Source of the DNA: Chiloscyllium plagiosum | Lineage: Eukaryota | Assembly (NCBI RefSeq): GCF_004010195.1 | Contig: NC_057719.1 | Span: 17,656,165-17,720,164, forward strand | Length of the DNA: 64,000 nt | Reading direction: 5' to 3' | Part shown: positions 25,215 to 38,274 of the stretch, in pieces | Layout of the letters: every line of letters begins with the position of its first letter | Position numbering within the stretch: the stretch's first letter is position 1 | Translations under genes and position numbers: made by a program | Notes under the pieces: model-generated | Database searches by the model: none | What the model was told of the DNA's origin: nothing | The model's input: the letters and a program-made list of their open reading frames with translations, nothing else

Positions 25215-25480
25215 CACTGCATCCCTACAGTGTGAGAGCAGGCCATTCAACCCATACTGCCACCCCAAAGTGCATCCCACCCATTGCTTAAACTCTATAT
25301 TTCCTATGGGCAATCCACCTAACCTGGACTGTGGGAGGAAACTGGAGCACCAAGCAAACACACACAGACAGAGGGAGAATGTGCAAACTCCACACAGACA
25401 GTCACCTGAGGCTGGATCAAACCTGGGTCCCTGGCATTGATGAGGCAGCAGTGCTAACCCCTGAGCCATCATGCCACTGC
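25215..25480 (-). mobile_element. tRNA-derived SINE (HE1-type)
   Basis: Reverse complement of the SINE consensus seen at 16523. Confidence 0.85.
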
Positions 25481-25544
25481 AGTCCTGGAGCATTGGGAGC
25501 AGACAATGGTTCATGTGAACAAGAAGAATCTTTAAGCTCACTGG

Positions 25545-26180
25545 GAACAAAGAACAAAGAAAATTTACAGCCCAGGGACAGGCCCTTTGGCCCGCCAAAC
25601 CTGAGCCAATCCAAATGTACTGTCTTAACCTGTCAGTCGATTCCTAAGCATTTGTATCCTTCTACTCCCCACCTACTCATGCATTTATCCAGACGCATCT
25701 TAAATGAATATACCATGCTTGCCTCTGCTGGCAACGTGTTCCAAACGCCCACCACCCTCTGTGTGAAGTACTTGCCGTGTGTATCCCCCTTAAACTTTCC
25801 ATCTCTCACCTTGAAAGCGTGACCTCTCGTTATTGAATCCTTCACCCTGGGAAAAAGCTTTTCTCTATCCACCCTGTCTATACCCTTCATGATTTTATAA
25901 ATCAGGTCCCCCCTCAATCTCCTTTTTTCTAATGAAAATAAACCTAACCTACTCAACCTCTCTTCATAGCTAGCACCTTCCATACCAGGCAACATCTTCG
26001 TAAACCTTCTCTGCACACTCTCCAAAGCGTCCACATCCTTTTGGTAATGTGGCGACCAGAACTACACACAGCACTCCAAATGCAGCCGAACCAATGTCTT
26101 GTACAATGTTAACATGACTTGCCAGCTCTTATACTCAATACCCTGTCCAATGAAGGCAAGCATACTATATGCCTTCTTGA
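25545..26180 (-). mobile_element. CR1 LINE 3' part with an (aagaacaa)n tail
   Basis: ORF 25633-26034: ALESVQRRFTKMLPG..RLRGDLI..YFTQRVVGVWN. Confidence 0.95.
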
Positions 26181-26419
26181 GAAGGCATATAGTTAAGATT
26201 TATGGTTCAAGTCCACTGGGGAGAAGGATGGGGGTGATTTGATTCTGGCAATGTCAATAGCACTTTAATTTCTTCTCTGTTTTCAAGGGAATATGGGAAG
26301 GTGGGGGATGAGGGACTGCTCCATAATTAGACATTCCCAAGAGCATTGAGCAGAGGGCAAGGAATTGAGAGTCTAGACCCTGTAACTTTGCATCCATTCA
26401 ATTTAACAGTTGATGGATG

Positions 26420-26660
26420 TGTCTCTATACTCTTCCAGGTTGTGCTCTGTAACCACTCTAAGCAGCATTCCTACTTGAACAAGTAATGAAGGGAATGAGG
26501 GAACAGGGGGAATTCATGGTGTTTGCTTTAAATTGTCCTGACTCACCATGTTTGAGGCTGGTCTTTCCTGGGTTTACTGGTCATTGGGTAACAAGCATAT
26601 TCATCCCTGGAATATTTGCCTGATTCCCTGTAGGTTCAGTCTCTCACATTCTCTACAGCT
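26420..26660 (+). pseudogene. N: Paramyxovirus-like nucleocapsid (N) N-terminal fragment
   Basis: EFMVFALNCPDSPCLRLVF (26510-26566) vs NDV EVPVFTLNSDDP...CLRIAV; directly upstream of P and M in native order. Confidence 0.55.
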
Positions 26661-26837
26661 GACTTCTTAGCAAGAATCCAAGAAGCAATGCTAGACAGCC
26701 AAGGACCACAGGACCTGCAGAATGTCATGAAAATGGAACATAAGCCTGAAGTATTTAAGGATATATCAAAAGTACAACAGCTGCTTTTTTAAAAGAAAGA
26801 TATAGAAGCCAATGGAATGGTGGAAAGTAATCCAAAG

Positions 26838-26967
26838 GGGAAAAGTGAGGATTACGGATGCTGAAGATCAGAGTCGAGAGTGTGGTGCTGGAAAAGCACA
26901 GCCGAACAGGCAGCATCCGAGGAGCAGGAGAATTGATGTTTCGAGCATAAGCTCTTCATCAGGAATA
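26838..26967 (+). mobile_element. Short Penelope-derived repeat with an 18-bp target-site duplication
   Basis: gtggaaagtaatccaaag (26820-26837) and gtggaaaataatccaaag (26968-26985) flank the insert. Confidence 0.8.
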
Positions 26968-27282
26968 GTGGAAAATAATCCAAAGTCATTGCTGGAACTA
27001 ATGGTATAAAGATAAAGGTGTTTTCAAAGCTAGGTTGACAAACAAGATTTCAGGATGGTCATCTTTAGTTATTTCCTGTTCCATATATAGGACAAGTTAA
27101 GGAAGCAATGATTAGGGTGATTGTTGCTACAAAAGCAGAAGCTTTACCTGAAATAAATAGTGAGGAATTATCAGTGGCCAATAAGAAAGAGGATTAAATG
27201 TTACAAATAAGCAGTAAAGAATATCAAAAAGGAGACAACAAATCAATAAGAATCAAGGTTGAAATAATCCAAAGTATTTTTT

Positions 27283-27570
27283 AGATTAGATTAGATTCCC
27301 TACAGTATGGAAACAGGCCCTTCAGCCCAATAAGTCCACACCGACCCTCTGAAGAGTAACCCACCCAGACCCACCCCTGACTATTGCACTTAACATTATG
27401 GGTAATTTAGAATGGTCAATTCACCCGACCTGCACATCTTTGGATTGTGGGAGGAAACCCACACAGACCCTGGGAAAATGTGCAAACTCCACATAGCCAG
27501 TTGCCTGAGGCGGGAATTGAACCAGGTCCCTGGCGCTGTGAGGCTGCAGTGAGTCACCAAGCCACCCACA
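27283..27570 (-). mobile_element. tRNA-derived SINE (HE1-type) inserted in P1
   Basis: (ttaga)n tail and reverse-complement SINE body. Confidence 0.9.
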
Positions 27571-28004
27571 TAGGAGCCAAAATTCAATGTTTTGTATCTA
27601 TCTGTGAAAAGCAGGCAGATAAAGAATTTGGAGAGTTAGAAGCATTAATATCTATGGCAGGATAGCAAACGGAACGAGATATGCTTGGACTTTGGAGACT
27701 AGTAAGATCATTTGAGTCTGAGCTGCCCAATGACAGACTCAAAGATTGGCTGCAAAATTTGATACCTTCCCACATGGTGCAGAGTAATACCAAAGGCATG
27801 GTTCAGTGTTCATACCCACTGTAAACACTCCTAGGGCCAACCTGCTCACCTTGCCCTCTGCTGTTAACTTCATGATAGCTGTCCTCAGATAATCAGGGCA
27901 CTGCAGGGAGAGGAGGAGTGAAAAGCAAAATCTTTGGGCTCAAGACTTCATGCCAAAAATACATGTTGTCTTTAACTGCTGCTGTTGCCCTTTAAAGGAA
28001 CTGG

Positions 28005-28590
28005 TAACCATTTCCTGCTGACTTCATTAAGCAAGATCCCAGAGGAACAGCCCAATTCAAGCCACAAGTAATAAGTGAAGGTGAACCTGGATGACCGTTT
28101 CAGAAACACAGCAGCAGAAGGCTCACTGTGCCCCAGTTCTGATGCATTTAACACTCAGCTGGACCAGAATATATATACATCTCCTTGTGTACCTTCACCT
28201 CTTAATGTAGGCCAAAGTTTCTGCTGTAGCCCACATGCAAAGCTGCGTGATGGGCTTTTTTATATCAATGCTCTGTGTCTTGCCTGAGTGCAGAACTATG
28301 CATCGTCTGAGAATTTGCAGTTCCTGCAAAATGATTAAACACAGAAAGCTGGAAAGGAAACTTATGTTGGAAAGCATGGTTCACCAGTACCATCTCACAG
28401 TATGACGTCAGATATGGTAAGCCAACAGGTTGCTTATCAAGATGGATTTGCCAGAATCCTATTGTGTTGAAACCACAAAGATTTGCTCTGCTTTTTTTTA
28501 TGTGAAGAAGAACAGATTTTATCAGATTGTAGATGATGGAATCAACCTTCAGCCATCTAAATACATAGCTCACTCAAGTAGTTAGTAAAA
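28005..28590 (+). pseudogene. M: Paramyxovirus-like M gene, N-terminal two thirds, copy M4
   Basis: PFP..QD..G..Q.KPQV..EPG; PLNVGQS (28198-28218) vs PLGVGRS; ASSENLQF vs AGSTEKIVF; MDLPESYCV..TKI..NRFYQI vs LDTPQRFRV..TRL..NGYYTV. Confidence 0.75.
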
Positions 28591-29565
28591 CTGAGCTTAG
28601 AAACAGTCAGGTGTTGCTGCATCCATGCAGATGTTGAAACACCTGGCTTTTTGGTGGGTGGATCATTATCTGTTACCATCCTGTCCCTCTGCGTTGTGTC
28701 TGCGACCAAGTATTCTTCTAATTCCGTTCCTCTCGTCTACATCTTTTCCTCTTCCAGTTGTTCTGTGGGATTCCCGGCTCATTGTTAATCTCCAATGGAT
28801 TCTCAGCTCCAACCCGGCTCTATGCCACATGCTTGGGCTCTGTTCCTACATTGTCACAGGGGGAAAGGTGAACGTGTTGCCCAAAAAAGCACACAACTGA
28901 TGAGTTTTACAGATACATGAGGTTAGCTTATATAAACATGTTTCCTCTTCTCTCAGTTTAAGCCACAAACCAAGGGGTGTGTATATTTGCATGTGTGAGT
29001 AGAGGGGAGAGGACATACACAAAAGGTCATTGCAGTTAAAATGTAACTAAGCAAGGGAGTCATTTTAAGACACTGCATGAGTCCAGCAGTTAATCCATGG
29101 TTTAAATAGTGAGTTTGTTTTGTCTATTGTCCCAATCGGACTCACACACAGCCCCTCACATGCATTAACACTTACGCACAACCACGTTCACATTGATACA
29201 CACTTGTACAGGAGAAAGTGAGGTCTGCAGATGCTGGAGATCAGAGCTGAAAATGTGTTGCTGGAACAGCGCAGCAGATCAGGCAGCATCCAGGGAACAG
29301 GAGAATCGACGTTTCGGGCATAAGCCCTTCTTCAGGAATCTTCAGCCCTTCTTCACACTTGTACACTCAGGGTGGTATTAACTTCACTTCATTCATCCAG
29401 CGGAAACCTGGACAGATCCCATTTTCTATCCATTTTATAAACGTTTGCAGTTGTATTTTTTTAATGTCAGTGGAAGTCAATGGAAAGTAAAATGAAATTG
29501 GTTGTAAAATAGACATCTGAATTGTTCCCTACCTAATGGGTTAAGTTAGAATTCAGTTCCTCTTT

Positions 29566-30215
29566 ATGTACACTCCCATGTTCTCTCACATACACTCTTG
29601 TTCACATAGACATACACACAACTCTCTCTCACATGCACGAATACACACACAAAATTCTCACACAAGCACACTCACATTCATAAACATTGATACACTGTCA
29701 TACGCACACATTTGCTCACAAACATTAACACACACTCTTACACATAAATATTGACACATCCTCACACTCATTCTCTAACACAAAATGACACACTATTTCA
29801 CACAAACATTGACACACACACTCTCACTCTCTCTCACACATGCATATTTGCTCACAAACATTTACACATTCTCACACAGAAACACTGACGTGCATCCTAA
29901 CACACTCATTCTCTCACACACATTGACACACACACTCGCACACTCATTTTCACAAACATTGACACGCACCCTATCACATACAAAGACATAGATATACACA
30001 CATCCTCATTCTTTCGTACAGAACTCTCAAACATAATCATTGATGTACACCGTCTCACTCGCACAAATATACTCACGCACATTGACACATACGCTCTCAC
30101 TTTCTTAACACACACTTTCACACAGAAATGTTGAAACATGCACACCTTCACACATTCTCTCATGTACAAATATTGGTACTCACACACACGCACTCTCCCT
30201 CAGACACACAAACTT
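29566..30215. repeat. Degenerate (CA)-rich low-complexity tract
   Basis: Directly visible; continues at ~31640-31750 beyond the CR1. Confidence 0.9.
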
Positions 30216-30219
30216 TGAC

Positions 30220-31630
30220 ACATAGAACATAGAACATAGAACATTATAGCACAGTACAGGCCCTTCGTCCCTCAATGTTGCGCTGCCCTGACATACTACT
30301 AATCTGAAGCCCAGGAGAAAGTGAGGACTGCAGATGCTGGAGATCAGAGCTGAAAATGTGTTGCTGGAAAAGCACAGCAACATATATTGTTGTGCCAATA
30401 CGTAATCTGAAGCCCATCCCACCTACACTATTCCATGTATGTCCATATGCCTGTCCAATGACGACTTAAATGCACTCAAATTTGGCAAATCTACTACCGT
30501 TGCAGGCAAAGCATTCCATATCCTTACTACTCTCTGAGTAAAAAAACTACCTCTGACATCTGTCTTATACCTATCTCCCCTCACTTTAAAGTTGTGTCCC
30601 CTCGTGTTTGCCGTCCCCATACTTGGAAAAAGGCTCTCCCTGTCCACCCTATCTAACCCTCTGATTATCTTGTATGTCTCTATTAAGTCACCTCTCAACC
30701 TTCTCTCTAACGAGAACAGCCTGAAGGCCCTCAGCCTTTCCGCGTAAGACCTCCCCTCCATACCAGGCAACATCCTAGTAAATCTCCTCTGCACCCTTTC
30801 CAAAGCTTCCACATCCTTCTTATAATGTGGTGACCAGAACTGTACACAATACTCTAAGTGTGGCTGTACCAGAGCTTTGTACAGCTGCAGCATAACCTCC
30901 TGGTTCCGGAACTCAATCCCTCTATTAATAAAGGCCAAAACACTGTATGCCTTCTTAACAACGCTGTCAATCTGAGNNNNNNNNNNNNNNNNNNNNNNNN
31001 NNNNNNNNNNNNNNNNNNNNNNNNNNNNNNNNNNNNNNNNNNNNNNNNNNNNNNNNNNNNNNNNNNNNNNNNNNNNNNNNNNNNNNNNNNNNNNNNNNNN
31101 NNNNNNNNNNNNNNNNNNNNNNNNNNNNNNNNTGGGGAACCTTATCGAACGCCTTGCTGAAATCCATATACACCACATCAACCGGTTTACTCTCATCTAC
31201 CTGTTTGGTCACTTTGTCAAAAAACTCAATAAGATTCGTTAGGCATGACCTGCCCTTCACAAAACCGTGCTGACTGTCCCTGATCAGATTATTCTTTTCT
31301 AGATGGTCGTAAATGCTGTCTCCTATCACCTTTTCCAATACTTTACCAACAGTTGAAGTGAGACTCACTGGTCTGTAATTACTAGGGTTGTCTCTACTAC
31401 CCTTTTTAAACAAGGGGACCACATTTGCTATCCTCCAGTCCTCAGGCACTATTCCTGTAGACAATGATGACTTGAAGATCAATGCCAAAGGCTTGGCAAT
31501 CTCTTCCCTTGCTTCCCAGAGGATCCTAGGATAGATCCCATCCGGCCCAGGGGACTTGTCTATTTTCACACTCTGCAGTATTTCTAATACCTCTTCCTTG
31601 TGAACCTCAATCTCTTCTAGTCTAGAACCT
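30220..31630 (-). mobile_element. Relatively young CR1 LINE (RT to 3' end) with an assembly gap
   Basis: ORFs 30967-31692 and 30423-31196: KSPGPDGIYP, NYRPVSLTS, YMDFSKAFDKVP, LEYCVQFWSP; (atagaac)n tail. Confidence 0.95.
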
Positions 31631-32519
31631 TCACAAACTTGCATTCTCTCTCTCTTTCTCTCACTCACACATTGATGCGTCTTGTCATACACTCACTCTG
31701 CACACACACCCCCACCTCTCTCTGACACACCTCTCTCTGATACACACTCACAGGCCTGAACTTTGTCAAGACCTGCTCATCCTTGCTCCAATATTGTAAC
31801 CGGAACTGTATGCCACTTACACTTTCTCTCTTTTCTCCTTTTCCATTGCAATTTTAATTAAAATTCAAAGTACCAGCAGCTTGCATGGAAAACATATTGA
31901 ATTTAACAGCTGGGGAAGCTACTTATTGGTGAAATCTGCTGTCAGCTCCAAATACTGAATCTGTGGGTGGCCTATTAGAGTCTCCCGGTCAAACAGGGAG
32001 GCTCCGTATTGTGACTGTCCGACTTCCCTCACGTGAAACTTGAAAGCAGAAAGACGACTTTCGAACTTAATTTCACTTGTAAATATTTCACATTGCAGTC
32101 ATTTCACTTCATTCTGGTGCGCATCATCATTATTTGTTAAGATTAGCTAAATCAGAGATCAAGGTATCTTCATAATTGGCATGCATTGATGGTTGCAGAG
32201 GATTTGGGGCATTTCCTTGAATAGGGATGAAACAATGTTTTGTTTCTGTGTTCACTCTTTATTGGACGCTGGCATTAATGTCCTGAGATGTACTTAACTG
32301 ACCTCAGTGGGAGCCGCCTAAATTTTAGGATCAGCTGGCTCTTCCTTCTGAAGCACATTGTAAAACACATTGTCCAAAAGTAATCTCTGCTGAGGGAGAG
32401 AAAATGTTGAAGATGAATCTAAAACCCTGGAATAAATCTACCAGGCAACACCCTGAGATGGGCACACAGTTGGACAGTACTGACACTGTCCCTTAGGCCC
32501 CTCATTTAATGACCCACTA

Positions 32520-32790
32520 GGCCCTTCCCAATTCACTACACCATGGCCTCTCTCTCCATCTCTCTCCATCTCTCTCACTCTCTCTCTCTCCACCTCTCTC
32601 TCCCATATCAGTCCTCCATGGTGTCTCTCTCTCTCTCTCCCACTTAACTCCTCCATGCCTTCTCTCTCTCTCCCTCTGTCTGTCCGTCTGTCTCTCTCTC
32701 CCCCCTGCTGTCTCTTTGTCTCTCTCTCTCCCACTTCCCTGCTCCATGGTCCCTTTCTCTCCATCTCTCGCTCTGCCTTCCCCTAGATCA
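32520..32790. repeat. (CT)-rich microsatellite
   Basis: Directly visible. Confidence 0.9.
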
Positions 32791-33064
32791 CTCCTCCATG
32801 TCTCCATGCTACTGGCCCCACTCCACAAATTATCTTGAATTATTGACTTTATGTTAATGAGTATCATGGCATGCAAATGCGTAGCCCGAGATGCAGCATT
32901 GAGGCAAGAAGCTTCCTGTAAATGGATTGGAGATGTGTCATGAGGGTTCTCAGACATCGGATGCCAATGTCCGTGAACATGAGGTGTCTGTGGCTGGTGC
33001 CTATCTAGGGTGTGCAGAGATGTTGGTGCCCACTGAGCAACGTGGAGATGGTTTGAAGCAAGCA

Positions 33065-34720
33065 ACAAGAGAATCGTAGGAACAGGAGTCAGCATTTTGG
33101 CCCCTGCTCCACCATTCAATGTGATCATGGCTCATCTATGGCCTAAATCCATATACATGCATTTGGCTCCGGTCCCTTAATACCCTGACTTAATTTGAAA
33201 TTTGCCAGTCTTAAATTTCAAATTAACAACTGATTCAGCATCTACTGCCATTTGTGAAAAAGAATTCCAAACACTTACTACCCTATGTGTGTAGAAATGT
33301 TTCCGGATAGCTCTCCTGAACGGTCTGACCTTAATTCTCAGACTATGCCCCCTAGTTCTAGAATTCCCAACAAGCAGAAATAATTTATCTATATCAACCC
33401 TATTATTTCCTGTAAATATCTTGAAGACGTTGATTGGACCATCCCTTAACTTGCTAAATCCAAGAGAAAGCAGACTTAATTTGTCTAATCTCTCTTCATA
33501 ACTTAACCCCTGAAGTCCAGATATCATTCTCGTAAGCCTACATTGCACTCTCTCCAAGGCCAATATGTTCTTCCTATGGCCCAAATCTGCTTACAGAACT
33601 CCAAGTAGGGTCTAACCAGGGTTTTGTATAACTGAAGCATAACTTCTGCATCCATCCATTCCTGTCCTCTTGATATAAAGACCAGCATTCTATTAGCTTT
33701 CTCAATTATTTTATGCTCCTGTTTGTGATATTTTTAAAGATTAGATTAGATTCCCTTCAGTGTGGAAGCAGGCCCTCCAGCCCAACTAGTCCACACCAAC
33801 CTTCTGAAGAGTAACCCACCAAAGCCCATTTCCCTCTGACTAGTGCACCTAACACTATGGGCAATTTACCTGACCTGCACATATTTGTAAACCCATGCAG
33901 ACACGGTGAGAATGTGTAAACTCCACACAGTCACCCAAGGCTGGAATCGAACCTGGGACCCTAGTGCTGTGGCAGCAGTGCTAACTACTGAGTCACCATG
34001 CCGCCAAGATCAATGCACCTGAACCCCCAAGTATTTTTAGACATCCTTTGTATTTAACTTCATATCATTTCAGAAGTACTCTGATCTATTATTATTTAGT
34101 CCAAAATAGATATCCTCGAACTTGCTTATGTTGAACTCCATGTGCCACAGTTTTGCCCATTCACTTAGTCTATCCATATCCCTTTCTAATATTATGCTAT
34201 CATCTATACTGTTTATAATGCTGCCTAACTTTGTATCATCAGCATATTTGGATATATAACTTTCTATGCTATTATCCACATCATTAATAGACAATGTGAA
34301 TAATTGAGGCTTTAATACAGATCCCTGTCAGACATCACTGGTCATATCCTGCCAATTGGAGCACTGATCCATTATCCCTACTTTCTGTCACCTGCCACTC
34401 AATCAATTCCCAGCCAAGTCAGTAATTTGCCTTCAATTTTCTGGGCTTCTACCTTAGTTTACAGTCTCCTATGTAGGACTTCATTAAATACTTCTGAAGG
34501 TCCATATAAACAATTTCCATGATTATCCCCTTATCCACAATCTTAGTCACCTCTTCTAAATATTCGAGGTTTGTCAGGAATGAGCTACCTGACATTAACC
34601 CATACTGGCTCTTCCTGATTAATTGAAAATTTTCAATGTTTTCAGTTACCTTATCCTTGGTTATAGACTCTAACAATTTCGCCACCACAGATATTACTCT
34701 GTTTTCCTCTTCCCCTTCCA
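33065..34720 (-). mobile_element. Older CR1 LINE with a nested tRNA SINE (33740-34005)
   Basis: ORFs 33177-33584, 34070-34294 (SKYADDTKLG) and 34449-34721. Confidence 0.9.
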
Positions 34721-35699
34721 CTTAAAGTGACACATGACATCAATCAAGAGCTCACTAGAACCTCGCAAGAATTTTGTCACATCGCTTCAGAAAAGCATAA
34801 AAAGATGTGGCGAGATGATCTTGTTATCAAGATGGCTTTTACCAAGCATTTCACGAAAGCCCATGTTGCACTAACCTCTGTATGATTCCACCTTGCATCT
34901 CTGGCTCTTGTGGAATTCGTGAATACTACACTATCAAAAATGCACACTGATGGAAGTGACTCTCACAAAAGCTCACACACACTCTCCCATGTTCCACACA
35001 TACATTTTGAGGTTTCCACACACTTTATCAAATTTGTAAAGTTAAAAATCACACAACACCAGGTTTAATTGGAAGCACACTAGCTTTCGGAGCGACGTTC
35101 CTTCATCAGACGATAGTGGAATGCTCAATCCTAACACACAGAATTATAGCAAAAATTTAGTGTGATGTAACTGAAATTATACATTGAAAAATTGATTGTC
35201 TGTTGAGTCTTTCATCTGTTTGAATGCCATGATAGTTTCACTTCTTTCTTGTGTAAATCACAAAACCTTTTTTTTAAAAGTTGCATTCTCAAGTTAGCTG
35301 TTAACAATGGGTGATAGCTAGACAATATGTTGATTTGCAGCACAGTCATGCACTCACACAGAGTATCTCTCTCTCACAATTATAGCCAATCACTGATGTA
35401 GAACCTGGAACCTGGAACTCACTGCATCCATTGAATTGATGACCACATTTTGGAGATCAACAGAAAAACAGAAATTCTTGGTGAAATTCAGCAGGTCCAA
35501 CAGCATCTGTGGAAGAAAGCAGAGTTAACATTTTAAGTGCAGTGAGCTTTCATCAGTTCTGACCTGCTGAGTATTTACAGTTTCTCTGTTTACCTCATGT
35601 TCTCTTCACAGTTGACGATGTTAGCATTTTGCCATCATCATCAGTGCATACAGGCACTAACAGTGATGCAAGGATGTGACTACAGTCATCCATTGCTCA

Positions 35700-36800
35700 T
35701 TAGATATAGGGATGGTGTTAGAGGATGGAGAATTGCAAATTTTACAGCCTTGTTCAGAACACGGTGTAAGATGAAAACCAGCAACAGTAGACCAGTCAGG
35801 TTTTGTCTTGGTGGGAAAACTTCTAGAACTGATAATCCAGCACAAAATTAATAGTCGCCTGAATAATTGTTGATTATTTCAGAAAAGCGTGCATGGATTT
35901 GTTGAAGGTAAGTTATCTTTGACGAACATGTTTTTTGATAAGTACGAGATAAGATTAACGACGGCAGTGAAGTCAATGTGGTTTATATGGATTTACAGAA
36001 GGCACTTGATAAAATGCCACATAATGAAATATCAGTGAAATTGAAGCCCATGGAATCAAATGGACTGCACATAGCTAGAAACATAATATAGTGTTCAATG
36101 GTTGCATTTCAGACTGGACAAAGAGGGATCAATATCAGCTCCAATGTTGTTTTTAATGTGCATCGATGAGGTAGACTTGGATGCACAGGCTGCAATTTAG
36201 TTTGCAAATGACGCAAACATAAATGCATTGTGAGAAGGCGAGCGATAGACTTCCAGAGGTCTTGGATGGATATTGGATGGGAGGACATGCCAGATACACT
36301 TCAATGTACAGAAGCGTGAGGCGATACATTTTTTTGGGAAGAATGAGGAGAGAAGATAAAAAATAAAACATACAATTCTAAAGGGTGTGCAGGAATATAT
36401 GTGCACAATGATCAAAGGTGGTAGGAACATGGAAAAGTGATTACAGAAGTAGTAACCTAAGCTTTATGAATAGAAGCATTGAGTGTCTCTAAACCTTAAT
36501 AAAACACCAGTTTACCTTTCATTGGAGTATTGTATTTAATTACATGCATGCACAAGGATGTGAAGGCTTTAGAAAAGGTGAAGAAAATATTTCAAGATTG
36601 ATCCCAGCAATGGCAAACTTTAGTTGTGAAGATGGATTATTGAAGCATTTCTCCTTTGAGGGTGAAGGTTAGGAAGAGATTTCATGGAAATGTTCAAAGT
36701 CACTCAGAGAGGTCTCAATAGAGCAGGTGGAAGGAAACTGTTCCTACTGGCACATGGTTTGAACCAGAGGACACAAATTTAAAGTGATTGGCAAAAACAA
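35700..36800 (+). mobile_element. Degenerate CR1 LINE RT region
   Basis: WRIANFTALF..NSRPV, YMDLQKALDKMPH, KFANDA remnants. Confidence 0.8.
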
Positions 36801-38274
36801 CCAAAGACAACATGGGTGATAGTTACACCCTGTTCTTCAGGCGAAGGGTCACTAGATCCAAAACATTAACTCTGTTTTCTCTGTTGCTAGACCTGCTGAG
36901 TTTTCCAGCAGTTTCTGTTTCTGTATCCAATTTCTGCAGTTGTTTTATGGGGTGAAAGTATTTGGCAGTGTGTAGTGATGAAATACTTCAAAGGTTGCTG
37001 GAGGCAGCCATTCCACTGTGATGTTGAGAGTGAAGTTACTGTAGTGCCTGAAGAGAAACAAAAAACTTGTAGGTCTCCTGGGTAAGTGCCAGTGAGTGGC
37101 TGCATTGCTCTTACAAAAGCCCCAAATGGACTTAGCAAACCGAATGATCTCTTTCTGCACTATAGCCATTCTCTGATTCTCTCATTCATTCAGATGTTAA
37201 TAAGGGACCATATAAGGACCAGGTCAGCCAATGGAAATTTCTAATTGTATTTGAAAAACTAGCATCGTTCCTTACATTCAATTATACTACAGCAAGTACA
37301 AATGAAGTGGTCGCATAGTGATTATGTCACTGCTCGTAAAACCCAGATAATATTCTGGTGTTATGGGTTCAAATCCCACCATGTTAGACAGTAAAACTTG
37401 AATTCAACAGGGAAAGAAAATCTAGAATAAACAGCTAACACAATAGCAGCTATGGCCACAGAAAGCAATCTAGATTATCAATGTCTTTAAAAAAGGAAAT
37501 CTGCTGTCCTTATCCATTCTAGTTTACATATAACTCCAGGCCTAGCCTCTTAGCTGTCCTCTGGGGGCAAGAAATATTGGCCTAGCCCTGTGTCACCTGC
37601 ATTCCATGAATGTTTTATGTTTAAAAATGTAGAACCAGCTGTTTCTAATGTTTAAAATCATTCATTTGGCATTGGAGTATCCAACTTACTCACTCTTTGA
37701 GTTGGTAAATGATGTAATTCATCTGTACATTCTGGGTGCATATCTGCTAATTAAATCATGGGTAGGGTATTGTAATGGCTCAGAGTCATGCCTATAAAGT
37801 AAAACCTGATCTAAGTTGTTCCTCCAAACCAGTAGACTTTCCTTAGGATTACTATCTGGCAAGTGATCCTGCATTTGAATAATGCTAACTTGTAAACAAA
37901 TGTTCCCATAAATAAGATGCACTGGAAGATTAAGATGATTAAAAGCTTATAGAATTTGATAGGATAGATAGAGAGAAGTTACTTCTTATGATGGGGAGGA
38001 GTCCAGAACAAGTACATCAAATTAGACAACACTAAATTAAAACCAGACCCATTCTGGGTAATATCAAGAGCTACTTTTTTCACAAAGTGGAGTGGAAATC
38101 TGAAACTCACTGCCCTAAAATTTCCAGAATTGAAATTGACAGACTTATGTTAGTTCAGGATATTTTGGAATAAGGAAACAAGGCAGTGAATGGGGTTTAG
38201 ATACAGAGTTTTACCAATCTAGCTGAATTGTGAAACATGCTGCTGCAAAGAACAAAGAACAAAGAAAATGTATA

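Larger units (their letters stand above)
26700..27830 (+). pseudogene. P: Paramyxovirus-like P gene C-terminal half (multimerisation coiled coil + X domain), copy P1; two insertions
   Basis: EVFKDISKVQQLL vs ELFSDVQDIKTAL; NGMVESNPKSLLEL vs NQKIISKLESLLLL (frame restored by removing the TSD-flanked insert 26838-26967); DGHL vs EGHL; EIN; FV; RLVRSFESELPNDRLKDWLQNLI (~27697-27764) vs RSIIKSSRLEEDRKRYLMTLL. Confidence 0.75.

Noticed and set aside
27630..27770. Similarity to respirovirus C protein (WLxxLI)
   Set aside because: The spacing fits the P X domain better and follows the P coiled coil in order.
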